A stretch of DNA of 57,750 bases from an archaeon (GTDB lineage Archaea; Nanobdellota; Nanobdellia; Woesearchaeales; GW2011-AR4). The stretch is taken from NCBI GenBank assembly GCA_002688925.1, contig NZEC01000002.1, forward strand, positions 6,242-63,991. Direction: 5' to 3'. The notes under the pieces were generated by a model. It was not told the DNA's origin. It did no database searches and saw only the letters and a program-made list of their open reading frames with translations. Of this stretch, positions 37,664-49,057 are shown one piece after another. The stretch's first letter is position 1. Every line of letters starts with the position of its first letter. A program made the position numbers and the translations under genes.

Positions 37664-38473
37664 CTATTGCTCTGAAGCCTCTTTTTGTGGCTCTTTAGCT
37701 TCCTCTGCTTTCACTTCATCAGCTTTCTCTGTTTTAGCTTCCTTGACTTCTTCATGTTTTTCCTTAACTTCCTTTTCTTTCACTTCACTTGCTTTTTCTT
37801 CCTTTTTTTCTTTTGATTCCGCTTTCTTTTCAATCTTTTCTTCCTTGACTTCTTTAGCCTTAGCCTTTTTCACCTTTTTTGGCGGCTTTTGGCTTTCAGC
37901 TTCTTTTTTCTTTTCCAAATCCACTACTTCCATTGACCTTATCTCGCATATTCTTAAAGGATAAGTCTTCTTTAAATGGTCTTTTAAAGAACTTTGAATC
38001 TTATGGCCTATCAGGTCATTAAGGAAGTTATCATAGCTTATCTCATTAATATATTTTAGCAGGAAATCCTGGGCATTCTTTCTTATTTTTGATGCAATTG
38101 AGCCCTTTGTTGCAGCTCTTGTGATTATGATTGGCTTAATTCTCATGTTTTTCTTATCAGATGTGCTGCACATAAATGACATATCAATTTTCTCAATATT
38201 CCTTCTGGCCATTCTCTTAAGAGAAGAAGGTATAATCTTATAGCCTACAACATGTGTAAGAGCCTTGCCGTCTTGAACACCATTAACTTCAAAATCAATG
38301 TTTACATTCTGCCTTTTTATGTCCTTTGTCAGGTTTGCAAGATTATACGTTATCCCCTTTCCAACCATCTGCTCAGGCTCAAATACAACAGTTTCCCCTA
38401 AAACAGAATTCCTGAATATTTTTGGAGCTAGAATAGGATACCACTGCTTCTTTGCTACCTTTAGTTTTGCCAT
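37664..38473 (-). CDS. rps3ae: 30S ribosomal protein S3Ae with long Lys/Glu tail
   Basis: KQWYPILAP..F....GET, YPLRICEIR. Confidence 0.92.
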   Translation of the reverse strand: MAKLKVAKKQWYPILAPKIFRNSVLGETVVFEPEQMVGKGITYNLANLTKDIKRQNVNIDFEVNGVQDGKALTHVVGYKIIPSSLKRMARRNIEKIDMSFMCSTSDKKNMRIKPIIITRAATKGSIASKIRKNAQDFLLKYINEISYDNFLNDLIGHKIQSSLKDHLKKTYPLRICEIRSMEVVDLEKKKEAESQKPPKKVKKAKAKEVKEEKIEKKAESKEKKEEKASEVKEKEVKEKHEEVKEAKTEKADEVKAEEAKEPQKEASEQ

Positions 38474-38551
38474 AGCATAAGGGAAAAATACTTGGTTTAT
38501 AAAGATTTTGATTGGTTTTAATCGTATATTAGAGATTAGTTAGAATTATTT

Positions 38552-38806
38552 TCACTTATACTTCAGCTTAAGAATTAAAATTGTCAATGCCAAAACAAAA
38601 GTCACGACATTTGCAGCGATAACAGGCATTGATAATATTAAGAAACCATAAACTACCCATAAAAAAATACCTATAGTTAATACTATGAACATTATCAGAG
38701 AAATATCCTTGGTATGCTTTGATTTCCATGCCTTAATTACTTGAGGCAAAAAGGCTATTGTAGTCAATGCAGCTGCTGTAAATCCTATTGTTTCAATATA
38801 GCCCAT
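38552..38806 (-). CDS. SemiSWEET/PQ-loop transporter
   Basis: LTTIAFLPQVIK..K.TKDIS..W..YG..P.IAAN. Confidence 0.93.
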   Translation of the reverse strand: MGYIETIGFTAAALTTIAFLPQVIKAWKSKHTKDISLIMFIVLTIGIFLWVVYGFLILSMPVIAANVVTFVLALTILILKLKYK

Positions 38807-38861
38807 TTTTTCGTGTATTGTTTGTTTTTGTTATTGGATTTTTTAAATGGGTTATTATATC

Positions 38862-40763
<1,902 letters not shown>

Positions 40764-41017
40764 CTAATTATTGAGTTTTTATGAAAAATATCGTCGAGAT
40801 TTAGACATCTGTCATAATAAAATTAATCCAGAAAACTATATAAATCTTTCGATTAAATTTTGCTGTTTTAAGGCTTCTAGAGCCAGAATTTAGGGGTTTT
40901 AGAGGTCAAATATTATAAATTTATTTATTCCTAAATAAGATAATTTTCAGATTATTTAGTACTATAAAGGGACTACAAACCGAAATGTTTATATAGTACA
41001 TATAATCATTAAATTAT

Positions 41018-41587
41018 ATGGTATTTGTAGAGAAGTCGCTGGATCAGATGATTTCAGAAATTGGAGGAGTTACTAGTAGACAAGTTGATAATATAAAAAC
41101 AGAAAATGGCTATAAGTGGATTAAAAGGTTTGTAGAGGATTGTAAATATGATTTTGATATAAATCACCTACCAGAACGTGTTAATAGACCATATGTAAAG
41201 AATATCCTTTTCGATACTGAATCGAATCAGAATCTTCTCACATATCTTATTGAAAATTGCTTTATCAGAGCTTACGCCGAAGAACCAGATAAACCAATAA
41301 AAATAGATTATTTTTTTGGACCTAAAGGATTTATTTACCAAGTGTCTGATAAAGGAGTTGGTTTTGACTCTGAAAAATTAACTGCAATAGAAAGCAAAAA
41401 AGAGCTAGTTAAAGGAGTACATTATCAAAATAAAGGTCGTGCGACTAAATATTTATTAAATCCAAAATTCCAAGCTACAATTAAATCAAGAATGAAACAC
41501 CCAACTGGTACAACTGTAACAGCTATGTATACATATTTAAACCATCTAGCCTTTAAGAATATATCGAGAATACAAAAGCAACCCTGA
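41018..41587 (+). CDS. Stand-alone GHKL/HATPase_c-like protein (RsbW-like), degenerate
   Basis: LIENCF..A (N box), VSDKGVGFD (G1), KGRA, GTTVT. Confidence 0.6.
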   Translation: MVFVEKSLDQMISEIGGVTSRQVDNIKTENGYKWIKRFVEDCKYDFDINHLPERVNRPYVKNILFDTESNQNLLTYLIENCFIRAYAEEPDKPIKIDYFFGPKGFIYQVSDKGVGFDSEKLTAIESKKELVKGVHYQNKGRATKYLLNPKFQATIKSRMKHPTGTTVTAMYTYLNHLAFKNISRIQKQP

Positions 41588-41627
41588 CATTGATTAAGTA
41601 TCTTGCAAGGACAGTCTTAAATATGGA

Positions 41628-42725
41628 TTAATACCCCTCAAAAACAATATTTTTATTTCCTTTTTCTAAAACAGTTCTTGTGCTGTTGCTCTTTTTCACT
41701 TCGCCTACAATTTTCCCACCATTAGCAGTCTGCAGAATTTTATCAGCATCATCCTTATTGCAAATAATAAAAAATCCCATCCCCATGTTAAGGGTTTTAT
41801 ACATCTCTTCATCTGAAAACTTTGATTCTTCCTTCATTAATTCAAAAATCGGCTGCGGCTTTAAAGGATTATTTATCCTGAATTCAAATCCTTCTATTCT
41901 ATTAAAATTCTTCAATCCATTCCCTGTATTATTTATCCCGATGATATCATGATTTTTAGAAACTTCTGCTATCAGTTTTGTGTATATTCTTGTTTCCTTT
42001 AACAAAGCATCTCCAACAGTAGAATTATCAAATTTATCATGCAAAGAAAATTTACCTTTGTATGATTTTTTAAATTCTTTTCTTGTTTCAAAATCCCCAT
42101 TAAGCAAATGATGCCTTAGAACAGTATAGCCATTGGAATGTGCTCCAGAACTCGGCAGAGCAATTATCTTATCTCCAGAACTAACCTTATTTTTTATCTT
42201 TCCCTTTTCAATAAAACCAATCATGCATCCTGCAACATCAAATCCATAGCCTTTTTTTGCAGAGCTTATCAATTCATCCACAGAAGCAGTCTCTCCTTTC
42301 CCAAAATTCATCCTTATCGAATTTCTTAAGATTTTTGAGGCATCGCACTGTTTTAATCCTGAAACAATCCCTTTTATTATGTCCTTAGTTAGCAATTTTT
42401 CCTGGATCTTGCTTTCGCATGCAAGATAGTCCATGAACAAAAATGGGCTTACTGGCCCTAAAGTTGCCAGGTCATTTGCGCTCATTGCTACTAAATCAAT
42501 TCCAACAGTATCATATTTCTGCATTGCCTCTGCGATTATTATCTTTGTTCCAACGCCGTCAATAGCAGTAGCAAGATAATGTTTAGGAAAAACTTCCTTG
42601 TTTTCATAAAGCTCAGCAAACATTCCTTTGCTGATAGGAAGCCTATCTGATTTTAAAGAAGAAGGTATAGCATTCTTTATGGCATTGACCGCTTTTGATT
42701 CTCTTTTTTGATAGCTTTTACCCAT
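41628..42725 (-). CDS. purM: AIR synthase
   Basis: DGVGTK, GIDLVAMSANDL, GETA, SSGAHSNGY, TLNMGMGF. Confidence 0.95.
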   Translation of the reverse strand: MGKSYQKRESKAVNAIKNAIPSSLKSDRLPISKGMFAELYENKEVFPKHYLATAIDGVGTKIIIAEAMQKYDTVGIDLVAMSANDLATLGPVSPFLFMDYLACESKIQEKLLTKDIIKGIVSGLKQCDASKILRNSIRMNFGKGETASVDELISSAKKGYGFDVAGCMIGFIEKGKIKNKVSSGDKIIALPSSGAHSNGYTVLRHHLLNGDFETRKEFKKSYKGKFSLHDKFDNSTVGDALLKETRIYTKLIAEVSKNHDIIGINNTGNGLKNFNRIEGFEFRINNPLKPQPIFELMKEESKFSDEEMYKTLNMGMGFFIICNKDDADKILQTANGGKIVGEVKKSNSTRTVLEKGNKNIVFEGY

Positions 42726-42847
42726 ATAAAAAAGAAGGAAATTTGATGTTTATAAAGCTTTTTAGATTTGCTCAATTAGCATTATGCCAAGAAAGGTTTT
42801 TAAAGATATTATCCAAAAAGTTAAATAGTTAAGCTTATACCAATATT

Positions 42848-43324
42848 ATGAAAATGACTGCCGTAGAATTGATTGTTGGCTTAAAAGTTCCCGATAATAC
42901 TGCTATAACAGCATTTAATACCCTGCAAAATATTGGTTATAAACAGCTAAAAAAGCTTGAAAAGTGCGATTATTATAAATTCCACATAACAGAAGACGCT
43001 GATAAATTCAGGGAAAGAATAAGCAAAACAGATATTTTAATCAATGCAAATAAGCATAAATTTTCATTTTCAATTGGAAACAACCAAGATACAGGGGAAA
43101 ATTATAAAAAAGTCAATATCCTGGTGCAGGAACTGGACAATCCAGAAGCCTTGTTAACAACTTTAAGGGAAAGATTAGGATTTAATGAAATAACTAAGCT
43201 TGAAAAAGGAATATTATGGGCACTATCTTTTGATAAAAATGCTGATGCAAAAAATACTGCCAAAGATATAGCAAAAAACTTATTAATGAATGAAAACTAT
43301 CAGAAATTTAAAGTAATAGAATAA
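42848..43324 (+). CDS. purS: PurS-like protein with two tandem PurS domains
   Basis: Two repeats ending LINANKH and LLMNENYQ; upstream of purE/purC. Confidence 0.7.
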   Translation: MKMTAVELIVGLKVPDNTAITAFNTLQNIGYKQLKKLEKCDYYKFHITEDADKFRERISKTDILINANKHKFSFSIGNNQDTGENYKKVNILVQELDNPEALLTTLRERLGFNEITKLEKGILWALSFDKNADAKNTAKDIAKNLLMNENYQKFKVIE

Positions 43325-43344
43325 AAAACAAAATTAAACAAAAA

Positions 43345-44112
43345 ATGACAGAAGTTTTGGTTTTATTCGGCTCAAAGTCTGATGAAGCGTGTTATAAGAA
43401 TATTATTCATAGTCTTAAAAAGAAAAAAATAAGCTATGACCTTAAGATAGCAAGCGCGCATAAGACTCCTGATGATGTTGACAATATTCTGAAAAAAGAT
43501 TACAAGGTTATAATTTCAGGCGCAGGCTTGTCTGCTGCCCTGCCGGGAGTTGCAGCCTCAAAGACATTAAAACCAGTCATCGGAGTCCCATGCCATGGAA
43601 ATTATCAAGGGTTAGATGCCTTATTATCCATCATGCAGATGCCTCCGGGAATTCCTGTTTTAGGAGTAGGAGTTGAAAAAACAGATATAGCTGCAAACTC
43701 TGCCATAAATATCCTAAAAAAATATGAAAAGGTTGTTTTGGTAGGGGATAAAAACACAAAAGCATTCAAAAAAGCTGAGGAAATTTTTAAAAAATTCAAC
43801 ATTAACCATGCCCACTCAACACAGATATCTGATGATGCAATAAACATAAGTTTTGTCTATTTTAATGAGGAAATTGAAAAGAAAGAGCAGCTTGTAATCT
43901 ACTGCCCATTATTGTTAAAAGACGATGATAATGCAGAGGCTTCCCTGAACTTATTAAAGCATTCTGAACATGGCTTGTGGGTAGGCCTCAACAACGGCGC
44001 AAATGCCGCTCTGGCAGCAATAGAAATACTTAATATTGATAATAAATACGAAGAGCCATTAACCAAATATAGGAGAGAAATAGCAAAGAAGGTTTCAGAC
44101 AGCAATAAGTAA
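43345..44112 (+). CDS. purE: AIR carboxylase/N5-CAIR mutase with degenerate second PurE domain
   Basis: GSKSD, SAHKTP, AGLSAALPG, GLDALLSIMQMPPGIPV; second NGANAALAAIEIL. Confidence 0.9.
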   Translation: MTEVLVLFGSKSDEACYKNIIHSLKKKKISYDLKIASAHKTPDDVDNILKKDYKVIISGAGLSAALPGVAASKTLKPVIGVPCHGNYQGLDALLSIMQMPPGIPVLGVGVEKTDIAANSAINILKKYEKVVLVGDKNTKAFKKAEEIFKKFNINHAHSTQISDDAINISFVYFNEEIEKKEQLVIYCPLLLKDDDNAEASLNLLKHSEHGLWVGLNNGANAALAAIEILNIDNKYEEPLTKYRREIAKKVSDSNK

Positions 44113-44252
44113 AAAAACCAATAAAAAATTCCAATAAAAAAATTAAACAAGCGACAACAGCAGTAACATCCCCATCTAAAATTTTTCAAAATAAAAATAA
44201 TAGAATAATAAAAAATAATAAAAACAAAATAATAATTAAAAACAAAACAAAA

Positions 44253-45209
44253 ATGCTAAGCGACGATATACTAAAAGAACAATTAAAAAATACTTTAGAC
44301 AAAACTAACCTTAATATTGGAAAAAAATATGAGGGAAAGGTAAGAGACAGCTATGTTATTGACAATAAAAGGCTAATCATAACAACAGACAGGATATCTG
44401 CCTTTGACAGGGTTTTATGCACATTGCCTTTCAAGGGCCAGGTCCTTAACCAAACAGCAGCATTCTGGTTCGAAAAGACTAAAGATATCGTTAAAAACCA
44501 TGTAATAGATATTCCTGACCCAAATGTATTGGTAGCAAAAGAATGCGAGTTAATTCCGGTTGAGATGGTTATCCGCGGTTATTTAACCGGAGTTACAACC
44601 ACATCTGCCTGGTACAATTATGAAAAAGGCATTAGAAACTTTTGCGGAAATATTCTTCCGGAAGGCATGGAAAAAAACCAGAAATTTGAAAAGCCGATAA
44701 TAACACCTTCTACAAAAGCAGAGAAAGGCGCTCATGACGAATCAATATCAGGAGAAGAGATAGTAAAAAGAGGATTAGTTGATGAAAATATATACAAAAA
44801 GATGGAAAGTGTTGCCCTTGCTTTGTATAATTTCGGCAACCAATATGTAGCAAAAAACAATCTAATCCTTGTAGATACAAAATATGAATTTGGATTGCTG
44901 GATGGAGAGTTAATTCTTATTGATGAAATACACACTCCGGATTCCTCAAGATTCTGGGTAAAAGATACATATGATGAGCTATTCTCAAATAACAAAGAGC
45001 CGCAAAAGCTGGATAAGGAATATGTAAGGCAGTGGCTTGCAGATAAAGGCTTTATTGGCGAAGGAAAAATTCCTTCTATTCCTGACGAAGTAAAAATCGA
45101 GGCTGCAAAGCGCTATATAACAGCTTACGAAATGATAACAGGAAAGGATTTTGAAGCAAAGAATGAGGATATTTTAGCAAGAATTGAGAATAATCTGAAG
45201 AAGATTTAA
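44253..45209 (+). CDS. purC: SAICAR synthetase
   Basis: GKVRD, TDRISAFD, KGQVLN, DTKYEFG, DEIHTPDSSRFW. Confidence 0.97.
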   Translation: MLSDDILKEQLKNTLDKTNLNIGKKYEGKVRDSYVIDNKRLIITTDRISAFDRVLCTLPFKGQVLNQTAAFWFEKTKDIVKNHVIDIPDPNVLVAKECELIPVEMVIRGYLTGVTTTSAWYNYEKGIRNFCGNILPEGMEKNQKFEKPIITPSTKAEKGAHDESISGEEIVKRGLVDENIYKKMESVALALYNFGNQYVAKNNLILVDTKYEFGLLDGELILIDEIHTPDSSRFWVKDTYDELFSNNKEPQKLDKEYVRQWLADKGFIGEGKIPSIPDEVKIEAAKRYITAYEMITGKDFEAKNEDILARIENNLKKI

Positions 45210-45257
45210 TGCATATAAACCAAAACCTATTAATATATCTTGACTTTCTAAAATTGT

Positions 45258-46007
45258 ATGAAATCAACAGCAATAAAAGCAGCCAGGGAAGCAGGAAAAG
45301 TTCTGATGAAAAATTATGGTAAAATAAAATTTATAAAAACAAAAGAGCGCAACAGCTTTTTTACCAATGTTGATCTGGAAAGTGAAAAAAAAGTCTTCTC
45401 TATAATAAGGAAAAAATTCCCAGATCATAACATTGTTTCTGAAGAATCCGGAAGCTTTGATAAAAAATCCGAATACACATGGTATATCGATCCACTGGAT
45501 GGCACTCACAATTATATCAACAATTTCCCTCTTTTTGGAGTTTCAGTTGCTCTTGCTAAAAATAATATTGTAAAGTATGGAGCAATTTTCCTTCCTTATT
45601 TTAACGAGCTTTACACAGCAGAAAAAAGCAAAGGAGCTTTTTTGAACGGGAAAAGAATCAAAGTCTCAGATAAAAAAAATCTTGAAAAATCATTTGTATT
45701 GACAGAGTTGGCATTAAGAAGAGAAACAGAAAAACTGCGCATTTTATCAAAAATTAAGGATATTGTCTTTGATGCCAGGGTCTTTGGCTGCGCCGTCTTT
45801 TCGCATGCTTACATAGCTAAAGGTTCAGCTGATATTTATATTACCACAAAAACAAACTCTTGGGACATTGCAGCAGGCTTCCTATTAATAGAAGAAGCCA
45901 ATGGTAAAGTTACAGATTTTAACAACAATCCATGGAAGCCAAAAGACGGCTCTTATGTTGCATCTAATAAGCATCTTCATAACAAAATTCTAAATGCTTT
46001 GAAATGA
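45258..46007 (+). CDS. suhB: Inositol monophosphatase family protein
   Basis: SEE, WYIDPLDGTHNY, WDIAAG. Confidence 0.93.
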   Translation: MKSTAIKAAREAGKVLMKNYGKIKFIKTKERNSFFTNVDLESEKKVFSIIRKKFPDHNIVSEESGSFDKKSEYTWYIDPLDGTHNYINNFPLFGVSVALAKNNIVKYGAIFLPYFNELYTAEKSKGAFLNGKRIKVSDKKNLEKSFVLTELALRRETEKLRILSKIKDIVFDARVFGCAVFSHAYIAKGSADIYITTKTNSWDIAAGFLLIEEANGKVTDFNNNPWKPKDGSYVASNKHLHNKILNALK

Positions 46008-46078
46008 ACTTTTTCTTAAGAAATATTTTTCCTATACCCAATCAAAACCATTTTAAAGACTAATTTTTCAGTATAATT

Positions 46079-47035
46079 ATGCTTGATTTATTCATCTGGA
46101 TAGCAGTTTTTATTGCAAGCCTGATTGTTTTAATCAAAGCCTCGGATTACTTTACAGATTCTGCTGAAAAAATAGGCATATTTTTTGGCCTGCCTGCATT
46201 TATTGCCGGAGTTACTATTGTTGCAGTTGGAACTTCCCTGCCGGAGCTTATCTCATCTATTTTTGCTGTATTAAGAAACTCATCAGAAATAGTGGTTGGA
46301 AATGTTATAGGATCCAATATAACAAATATATTTTTAATATTAGGAATCATTGCCATACTCAGCAAAAAATTAAAAATAGCCTATGAGCTTATTCATGTAG
46401 ACCTGCCATTATTGGTTGGCTCTGCATTTTTATTGGCTATTACTATTTGGGATGGCATTTTTTCTTTAGGTGAAGCATTTTTATGCATTGCAGGCTTTCT
46501 CATCTACCTTAATTATACATTAAACTCAGAAAAAAGGCATAAAGATAAAGAGATAAAAAAAGAGATGAAAGGCCTTAAAATAGAAAAATTGGGGTTTAAA
46601 GTCTGGGCTATTCTTGTTATCAGTGCGTTTTTTATTTTTCTTGGGGCAAAGTACACTATTGAATCGGTCATTGAATTGTCTGAAATACTGAATGTAGGAA
46701 AAGAAATAATAGCGCTTACTGCTGTAGCTCTTGGAACATCACTGCCTGAATTGACCGTAAGCGTTGCCGCAATAAGAAAAGGAAAGCCTGAGATTGCTGT
46801 TGGAAATGTTCTTGGCTCAAATATATTCAATTCTTTTTTAGTGATGGGAATTCCTGCATTGTTTGGAACCTTAATTATTCCCAATAATATACTTATATTT
46901 GCGCTGCCTATCATGATAATAGCGACATTGCTTTTCTTTTTTATAACACAGGAAAAAGAAATCACAAGATGGGAAGGATGGCTTTTAGTTCTTTTCTATG
47001 TTTTCTTTGTTGGGAAAATAGTGGGGTTGTTTTGA
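46079..47035 (+). CDS. Ca2+/Na+ antiporter (YrbG/CaCA family)
   Basis: Two GTSLPE alpha repeats, GNVIGSN / GNVLGSN. Confidence 0.95.
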   Translation: MLDLFIWIAVFIASLIVLIKASDYFTDSAEKIGIFFGLPAFIAGVTIVAVGTSLPELISSIFAVLRNSSEIVVGNVIGSNITNIFLILGIIAILSKKLKIAYELIHVDLPLLVGSAFLLAITIWDGIFSLGEAFLCIAGFLIYLNYTLNSEKRHKDKEIKKEMKGLKIEKLGFKVWAILVISAFFIFLGAKYTIESVIELSEILNVGKEIIALTAVALGTSLPELTVSVAAIRKGKPEIAVGNVLGSNIFNSFLVMGIPALFGTLIIPNNILIFALPIMIIATLLFFFITQEKEITRWEGWLLVLFYVFFVGKIVGLF

Positions 47036-47124
47036 TAAAAGAACGTAAAATATTTAAATAAAGCATACCAAAAACAAGATAATCGATTATTTAATAAAAA
47101 TATTGGTTAAAAAGAGAGGTAAAA

Positions 47125-47769
47125 ATGGGTGCAGATAATAAACACGGAAATACTATTCTGCTGGCAATAGTTTTTGGTATATTGGCAGGAGGAATAACAG
47201 CTTATGCTGTTGTTAATTCCCAAACAGGAAAAAGTCCGGAAGAAAAAACAACAGATCAATTAATCAAGGAATTCTATGATGTGGAAACAGCAGTTTCTAT
47301 AAGCCCGCATGGCTTAAGAAAGCATATGGGAGAAGATGACACTTACATTCTTATTGACCTTAGAAGCCAGGAAGAATATGAAGAAGAGCATATTACAACT
47401 GCTGTCAATGTTCCCGCATATAAGGACAGGGATCATTCTGATTACGGCGCTATTGATAGGATTGTAAGCACATTCAAGCAGTTGCAGGCAGAAAATCCGG
47501 ATAAAGACTTCATTGTTTACTGTTACAGTGCACCATGCATGACCGGAAGAAAAATCGGAAAGATTCTGGCTGACAACGGAATATTTGTAAAGCACCTTGG
47601 CGTTGGCTGGAATGAGTGGAGATATGATTGGGAATCATTCAATCATCCCCATGAATGGGCTACAACAAGTTCAGACCAGTACATTTCAAGCGGCCCAGAG
47701 CCGGGAACTTTAAGTCCTGACCTTGTAGGCACAGGCTGCCCAATAGGAAGCGATGAGCTAGGCTGTTAA
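47125..47769 (+). CDS. Membrane-anchored rhodanese-like protein
   Basis: N-terminal TM; LIDLRS.EEY..EHI..AVN; IVYCYSAPC; LGVGWNEW. Confidence 0.85.
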   Translation: MGADNKHGNTILLAIVFGILAGGITAYAVVNSQTGKSPEEKTTDQLIKEFYDVETAVSISPHGLRKHMGEDDTYILIDLRSQEEYEEEHITTAVNVPAYKDRDHSDYGAIDRIVSTFKQLQAENPDKDFIVYCYSAPCMTGRKIGKILADNGIFVKHLGVGWNEWRYDWESFNHPHEWATTSSDQYISSGPEPGTLSPDLVGTGCPIGSDELGC

Positions 47770-47771
47770 CG

Positions 47772-48167
47772 ATGAAAAAAATACTTTTATTTATTTCTTT
47801 AATTATTGGTATTTTTGCTGCTTCTTGCAGTCAGCAGGAAGCTTCAGAAATACAGGAAGATTTAGGTCCTTCTGAATTTGATGATTTTGCAAAATGCATT
47901 CAAGCAAGTGGCCTAAAGATGTACGGCCAGTATACCTGCGGTACATGCAAGAAGCAAAGGGAGCTTTTTGGCCCTTCTTTCCGTTTTGTCGGTGAGATAG
48001 AATGCCATCCTCGCGGAGAAAATCCGCAAACTCAGCTATGTTTGGAAAGAGACATCAAAAAAACCCCAACATGGATTTTGGAAAAAGACGACAAAGCTAT
48101 AGAAACGCTTGAAGGATTCCAGACTTTAGAAACATTATCAGAATTATCAGGTTGCCCGTTAGAATAA
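47772..48167 (+). CDS. Thioredoxin-like lipoprotein (VKOR-associated-type Trx fold)
   Basis: Lipobox AASC; MYG..CGTC.KQ..LFG; IEC; TPTW; LSGC. Confidence 0.85.
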   Translation: MKKILLFISLIIGIFAASCSQQEASEIQEDLGPSEFDDFAKCIQASGLKMYGQYTCGTCKKQRELFGPSFRFVGEIECHPRGENPQTQLCLERDIKKTPTWILEKDDKAIETLEGFQTLETLSELSGCPLE

Positions 48168-48187
48168 TGTAATTAGGATTAATGCAA

Positions 48188-48311
48188 AAGCCAGTGCTTA
48201 TGCGGAGCCTTAGAGGGCTTCTCAACTTCGCAAAACTGCGTTTTGCTCAGGTCGCTTAGCACAACCTTTTGGGAATTAATCCATTGGCAATTTACGCATA
48301 AGCACTGGCTT
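48188..48311. mobile_element. MITE/REP-like 124-bp element with 17-bp terminal inverted repeats
   Basis: aagccagtgcttatgcg (48188-48204) / cgcataagcactggctt (48295-48311); internal hairpin gcaaaac-tgc-gttttgc; end copy at 2926-2955. Confidence 0.65.
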
Positions 48312-48334
48312 CAACAACACTAACCCTTTAAAAA

Positions 48335-49048
48335 ATGGTTGAGCAGCTTACTTTAGGAATAATAATTGTAGCAGCATTAGCAGACAGCATCAACCCCTGT
48401 GTTTTTGGAGTATTAATATTTCTATTAGCTTATATGGTTGCTGTCTTTAAAAATAGGGCAAAGATGCTTATTGCCGGATTAATTTATACATCTGTTGTCT
48501 ACCTCTCTTATTTTTTGATTGGGATAGGCATAGTTGCATTTACGCAGTCAACAGGAGTTGTAAAGCCGTTCTACTGGTTTGCAGCTGTAATCGCAATTTT
48601 AGCAGGAATTCTTGAAGTAAAGGATTATTTTTGGTATGGACGTGGCTTTTCCTTGCAGATGATTCCAGGCGGAGCAGAAAAAATAAAGAAAATCTCAAGC
48701 ACAATGAAGAGATTAGAGACAACACATCCAATGCTCAGCTTAGGCATCTCTGGTTTGCTTGGATTCCTCGTAGTTCTTTTTGAGTTTCCATGCACCGGTG
48801 CCCCGTATCTTGCTGTTATAGCATTGATATCAACAGGAGATTATGCATCCGGAATACCATTGCTATTATTATATAATTTAATATTCATACTCCCATTATT
48901 TGTGATAATAGGTCTCGTATACATGGGCCACACCTCTCATAAGCTGGAGAAATGGAGAAAACAGCACAGGGGCTTGATGAGATTAGGAATTGGACTGTTT
49001 TTACTGGCATTCGGAGCTTATTTAATATACACAGCATTGCAATTGTGA
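48335..49048 (+). CDS. CcdA/DsbD-like transmembrane electron transporter
   Basis: DSINPC and EFPCTG..Y, LYNLIF.LP; ~6 TM. Confidence 0.88.
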   Translation: MVEQLTLGIIIVAALADSINPCVFGVLIFLLAYMVAVFKNRAKMLIAGLIYTSVVYLSYFLIGIGIVAFTQSTGVVKPFYWFAAVIAILAGILEVKDYFWYGRGFSLQMIPGGAEKIKKISSTMKRLETTHPMLSLGISGLLGFLVVLFEFPCTGAPYLAVIALISTGDYASGIPLLLLYNLIFILPLFVIIGLVYMGHTSHKLEKWRKQHRGLMRLGIGLFLLAFGAYLIYTALQL

Positions 49049-49057
49049 GGAAAAAAA

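Noticed and set aside
37664-37930. Repeat-like Lys/Glu tail of S3Ae as a novel domain
   Set aside because: Low-complexity charged tails on ribosomal proteins are common; no exact repeat unit
44148-44166. aagcgacaacagcag similar to aagcaacaacagcag at ~18478
   Set aside because: Short, low-complexity A/C-rich match; not distinguishable from chance
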